Positions 61,451-64,000 of a stretch of DNA of 64,000 bases are shown here, piece after piece. The position numbers and the translations under genes were made by a program. Position 1 is the stretch's first letter. Every line of letters begins with the position of its first letter. The DNA is from an uncultured Chloroflexia bacterium (GTDB taxonomy: Bacteria; Chloroflexota; Limnocylindria; Limnocylindrales; CSP1-4): assembly GCA_963768655.1 (NCBI GenBank), contig CAVYIM010000009.1:192001-256000 (forward strand), read 5' to 3'. Under the pieces are notes generated by a model, which was not told the origin of the DNA, searched no databases, and saw only the letters and a program-made list of their open reading frames with translations.

Positions 61451-61453
61451 TAG
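60371..61453 (+). CDS. IS630 family transposase
   Basis: HTH, RSGRP, DEKTQIQAL, YKRHGT, VLDNVSTHK, SWMNQVETWF. Confidence 0.96.
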   Translation: MAQLPAPALALSEADRAALRAIARASTSQQRAVTRARILLRAADGMANEHIAAELHVSPTTVKLWRRRYGASGLAGLADGHRSGRPARYTREDRDRVIALTLEPPPDGVTHWSVRRLAARLTMSETTVWRIWREAGVKPHRTETFKFSTDPELQAKVRDVVGLYLDPPDGAIVLSIDEKTQIQALDRTAPMLPMKPGQIERHTHDYKRHGTTCLFAALEVGTGAVTGQTRARHRGEDFLAFLRQVEAAYPEGELHVVLDNVSTHKTPAVREWLADRPRITFHFTPTSASWMNQVETWFGILSRQAIRRGSFGSVKELIAKIRAFIDSWNAGSTPFVWVKTADEILAKAVRKSSATSESGH

Positions 61454-62439
61454 CGCCCCAGGATGCGGTCGATCTCGGCCATCTGGGCGGGCGTCAGCGG
61501 CCCGAATTCCATGGCTCGGGCGTTCTCCTGCACCTGGGCGACCGTCCGGAAGCCGGGCAGCGGGACCGTGGCAGGGCTGCGTCCCCAGATCCAGGCGAGG
61601 GCGCCCTGGGCGAGGGTCCGGCCGTTAGTGGTCAGGATCTCGCGGATCGACGCGAGCGAGTCGAGCCAGGCCTGGTTCGCCCGGCCGCCCTTGATGCCCG
61701 CGAACCACTCGACCTTCTGGCGGATGTCGTCGTCGCAGAACCTGGTCTCCGGCGTGATCTTCCCGGTCAGCACGCCCATGCCCAGCGGGGCGCGATTCAT
61801 GCTGGCCAGGTTCATCCGCTCGGCCAGGGCGAGCAGCTCGGCGCTGCCGGTCAGGACGTTGAGCTCCTGCTCGATGACGCCGCAACCGGGTGCGGTCGAG
61901 AAGGCTTCGATCGCATCCGGCCGATCCGTGCTCCAGCCGTAGGTGCGGACTTTTCCCTCGGCCACGAGCTGCTCTAGGACGTCGCGGACGGCCAGGGCCC
62001 GGGGCAGCTCGAGCCCCCAAACGTGGAGCAGGTACACGTCGACGTGGTCCGTGTCGAGGCGCCGCAGGCTGCCCTCCAGGTTCTCCCGCACGTGGCCGGC
62101 GACATCGCTCGCTTCCTCCGTCGAATCGTACGGGTTCACTGTGCGGGCCGCCTCGTCGAGCTCGTAGCCGAACTTGGTGGCGATGACGGCCCGATCGCGG
62201 CGGCCTTTGAGGGCCGCGCCCAGCACGCGCTCGCTATGGCCGGCGCCGTAGTTGGCGGCCGTGTCGAAGAAGCTGGCGCCCAGCTCCAGGGCGGCATGGA
62301 TGGCGCGAGTCGATTCGACGTCGTCGACGACGCCCCAGCCGGCCTGGGCGCCCATCATGGTCCATGGCCCGCCGATCGCCCAGCAGCCCATGCCGACCGC
62401 CGATACCTCGATGCCGCTGCGTCCGAGTGTTCGCTTCAC
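61450..62439 (-). CDS. Aldo/keto reductase
   Basis: GMGCWAIGG, FFDTAANYG, IATKFG, SLRRLDTDHVD. Confidence 0.94.
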   Translation of the reverse strand: MKRTLGRSGIEVSAVGMGCWAIGGPWTMMGAQAGWGVVDDVESTRAIHAALELGASFFDTAANYGAGHSERVLGAALKGRRDRAVIATKFGYELDEAARTVNPYDSTEEASDVAGHVRENLEGSLRRLDTDHVDVYLLHVWGLELPRALAVRDVLEQLVAEGKVRTYGWSTDRPDAIEAFSTAPGCGVIEQELNVLTGSAELLALAERMNLASMNRAPLGMGVLTGKITPETRFCDDDIRQKVEWFAGIKGGRANQAWLDSLASIREILTTNGRTLAQGALAWIWGRSPATVPLPGFRTVAQVQENARAMEFGPLTPAQMAEIDRILGR

Positions 62440-62478
62440 GGTGTTTCTCCTCGATCCCGCGCTTGCCGCGGCGCCTCG

Positions 62479-63651
62479 CTAGCCCCGGACGACCCGCAGG
62501 TCCAGGCTCGAGCGGTTCAGGACGGCCGCGCCGCCGGGCGCGCACATGACGATGTTCTCCAGGCGCACGCCCCACCGGCCGGGGAAGTAGATGCCGGGTT
62601 CGACGCTGAATGCCATCCCCGGCGCCAGCGGCGTGGCGTTGCCGGCGACCATGTACGGGTCTTCGTGTACCTCGAGGCCGATGCCGTGGCCGACGCGATG
62701 GGTGAAGAACTCGCCGTAGCCGCCGGCGGCGATGACGCCCCGAGCGACGGCGTCGATCTGCTCGGCCGGGACGCCGGGTCGAACCGCGGCGGTGGCCTTC
62801 GCCTGCGCCTCGCGGACCAGCTCGAAGACGCGCACGAATTCGGGCTCGGGCGCGCTGCCGGCATCGCCGCCGACCCAGATGGTCCGGGTCGTGTCGCTGC
62901 AGTAGCCCGCCAGCGTGCCACCGATGTCGAGCACGATCGGCTCGCCGGCCGCGATGACTCGATCGCCGGCGTCGTGGTGGGACGAGGCGCTGTTGGGCCC
63001 GGAGCCGACGATGGCGAAGTCGGCGACGTCGTGGCCCTCGTCGATGAGCCGCCCCCGGACCTCGCGGGCGACTTCCGCCTCGGTTCGGCCGACCAGCCGC
63101 CCGGAAGCGATCGCGTCCACGGTGCGGTCCGCGGCCGCCGCGGCAAGGGCGAGGAGCCGCGCCTCGTCGGCGTCCTTGACCTGGCGCAGGTCGCGCATGA
63201 CGGTGCTCGCCGGCTCAAACCTGCGGCCGGGCAGGACAGCCTGCAGGGCGAGCACGTGCATGGCCCAAAGCCGATCCGAGAGGCCGATGGGCTCCCACGC
63301 GGCGTCGCCGGCGGCCATCTGCCGGGGCGCGAACAGGTCGGCGACCAGCGCGGCCGCGTCGTCGGTCTCCTCGAACGGGATGATCTCGGCATGGCCGGCA
63401 CCTACGAGCGGCGTGGCGCTCGCCTTCTGGGCCTCCAGGTGAGGCACCACGAAAGAGACCGGACCCTCGCGCGGGACGACCAGCAGCGTGATGCGCTCCA
63501 TCGGCTCGCCGGCGAAACCGGTCAGGTAGCGCAGGTCCGGACCGACGCCGAGAAGCAGGGCGGCGAAACGGCGCTCGACGATCGCCTCCCGACAGGCGGC
63601 CAGGCGGGCGGCGTATCGGTCGGCTGGAATCTGGCGGGCGGACTCACTCAT
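62479..63651 (-). CDS. Xaa-Pro peptidase (M24 family)
   Basis: DIGG..GYCSDTTRT, HRVGHGIGLEVHE, VEPGIY, GVRLEN. Confidence 0.94.
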   Translation of the reverse strand: MSESARQIPADRYAARLAACREAIVERRFAALLLGVGPDLRYLTGFAGEPMERITLLVVPREGPVSFVVPHLEAQKASATPLVGAGHAEIIPFEETDDAAALVADLFAPRQMAAGDAAWEPIGLSDRLWAMHVLALQAVLPGRRFEPASTVMRDLRQVKDADEARLLALAAAAADRTVDAIASGRLVGRTEAEVAREVRGRLIDEGHDVADFAIVGSGPNSASSHHDAGDRVIAAGEPIVLDIGGTLAGYCSDTTRTIWVGGDAGSAPEPEFVRVFELVREAQAKATAAVRPGVPAEQIDAVARGVIAAGGYGEFFTHRVGHGIGLEVHEDPYMVAGNATPLAPGMAFSVEPGIYFPGRWGVRLENIVMCAPGGAAVLNRSSLDLRVVRG

Positions 63652-63703
63652 GCGTGGAGAGTAGCCCCGGATCGGCCCGGGTGCCAGGGCGCCCGGCAGG
63701 GGG

Positions 63704-64000
63704 CTACTTGCCCGCCAGTGTCTCGACCAGCGGCGCCATCGACTCCATGGCGTGGCCTGGGATCGTGTAGTAGCTGATACCGAGCCTGTCGCGGCGTCGC
63801 AGTAGCTGTTCGCGGGTGGATCTCAACGTGCCGTACAGGACGTAGGGGCTGCCGTACAGCGCCGTGGGCGCCCAGCGCGCCGCTGCCCAGCCGGAGCCGA
63901 GCAGCGAGTTGCCGCTCCCCACCAGACCGGCGTCGCCGAGCCAGAGGTTGAGCTCGAGGTTCGGGAACCGATCGCCGGCCGCCGCCTTGACCAGGGCCAC
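63704..64000 (-). CDS. C-terminal fragment, probably LLM-class (F420-dependent) oxidoreductase
   Basis: AAAGDRF..LELN, SPYVLYGT, RRRDRLGISY, APLVETLAG ending. Confidence 0.7.
   Translation of the reverse strand: MALVKAAAGDRFPNLELNLWLGDAGLVGSGNSLLGSGWAAARWAPTALYGSPYVLYGTLRSTREQLLRRRDRLGISYYTIPGHAMESMAPLVETLAGK

Overview
High-GC bacterial chromosomal segment. Gene style suggests a soil/peat Chloroflexota (Limnocylindria-like) organism, but that is inference only. It holds mostly core and metabolic genes: a LuxR regulator, MgtC, a PAS hybrid kinase, pntAA-pntAB-pntB, a TPP-riboswitch-controlled thiN + ECF thiamine uptake operon, YbaK, a DUF62 SAM hydrolase, a WYL regulator beside an HD hydrolase, cydAB, dapB-dapA-dapD-lysA, an ABC exporter with a divergent two-component system, metY-metX, a MacAB-like exporter, an ECF sigma/Kelch anti-sigma pair, plsY, panE and one complete IS630. 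The most notable signals are missing from the ORF track. Two short, apparently near-leaderless peptide ORFs precede amino-acid operons: a Lys-codon leader (KPKSK) before dapB-dapA-dapD-lysA and a Met-codon leader (MMSM) before metY-metX. Both have the same TTGCGC-N18-(-10)-N9-ATG layout, a TGAGGCTC stop context, a U-tailed terminator and a GCGGCCC antiterminator segment, which suggests ribosome-mediated attenuation of Lys and Met synthesis. Also found are a 22-aa hydrophobic peptide gene with its own RBS and terminator between luxR and mgtC, a 15-copy 23-bp tandem repeat, and several frameshifted genes that may be sequencing errors.
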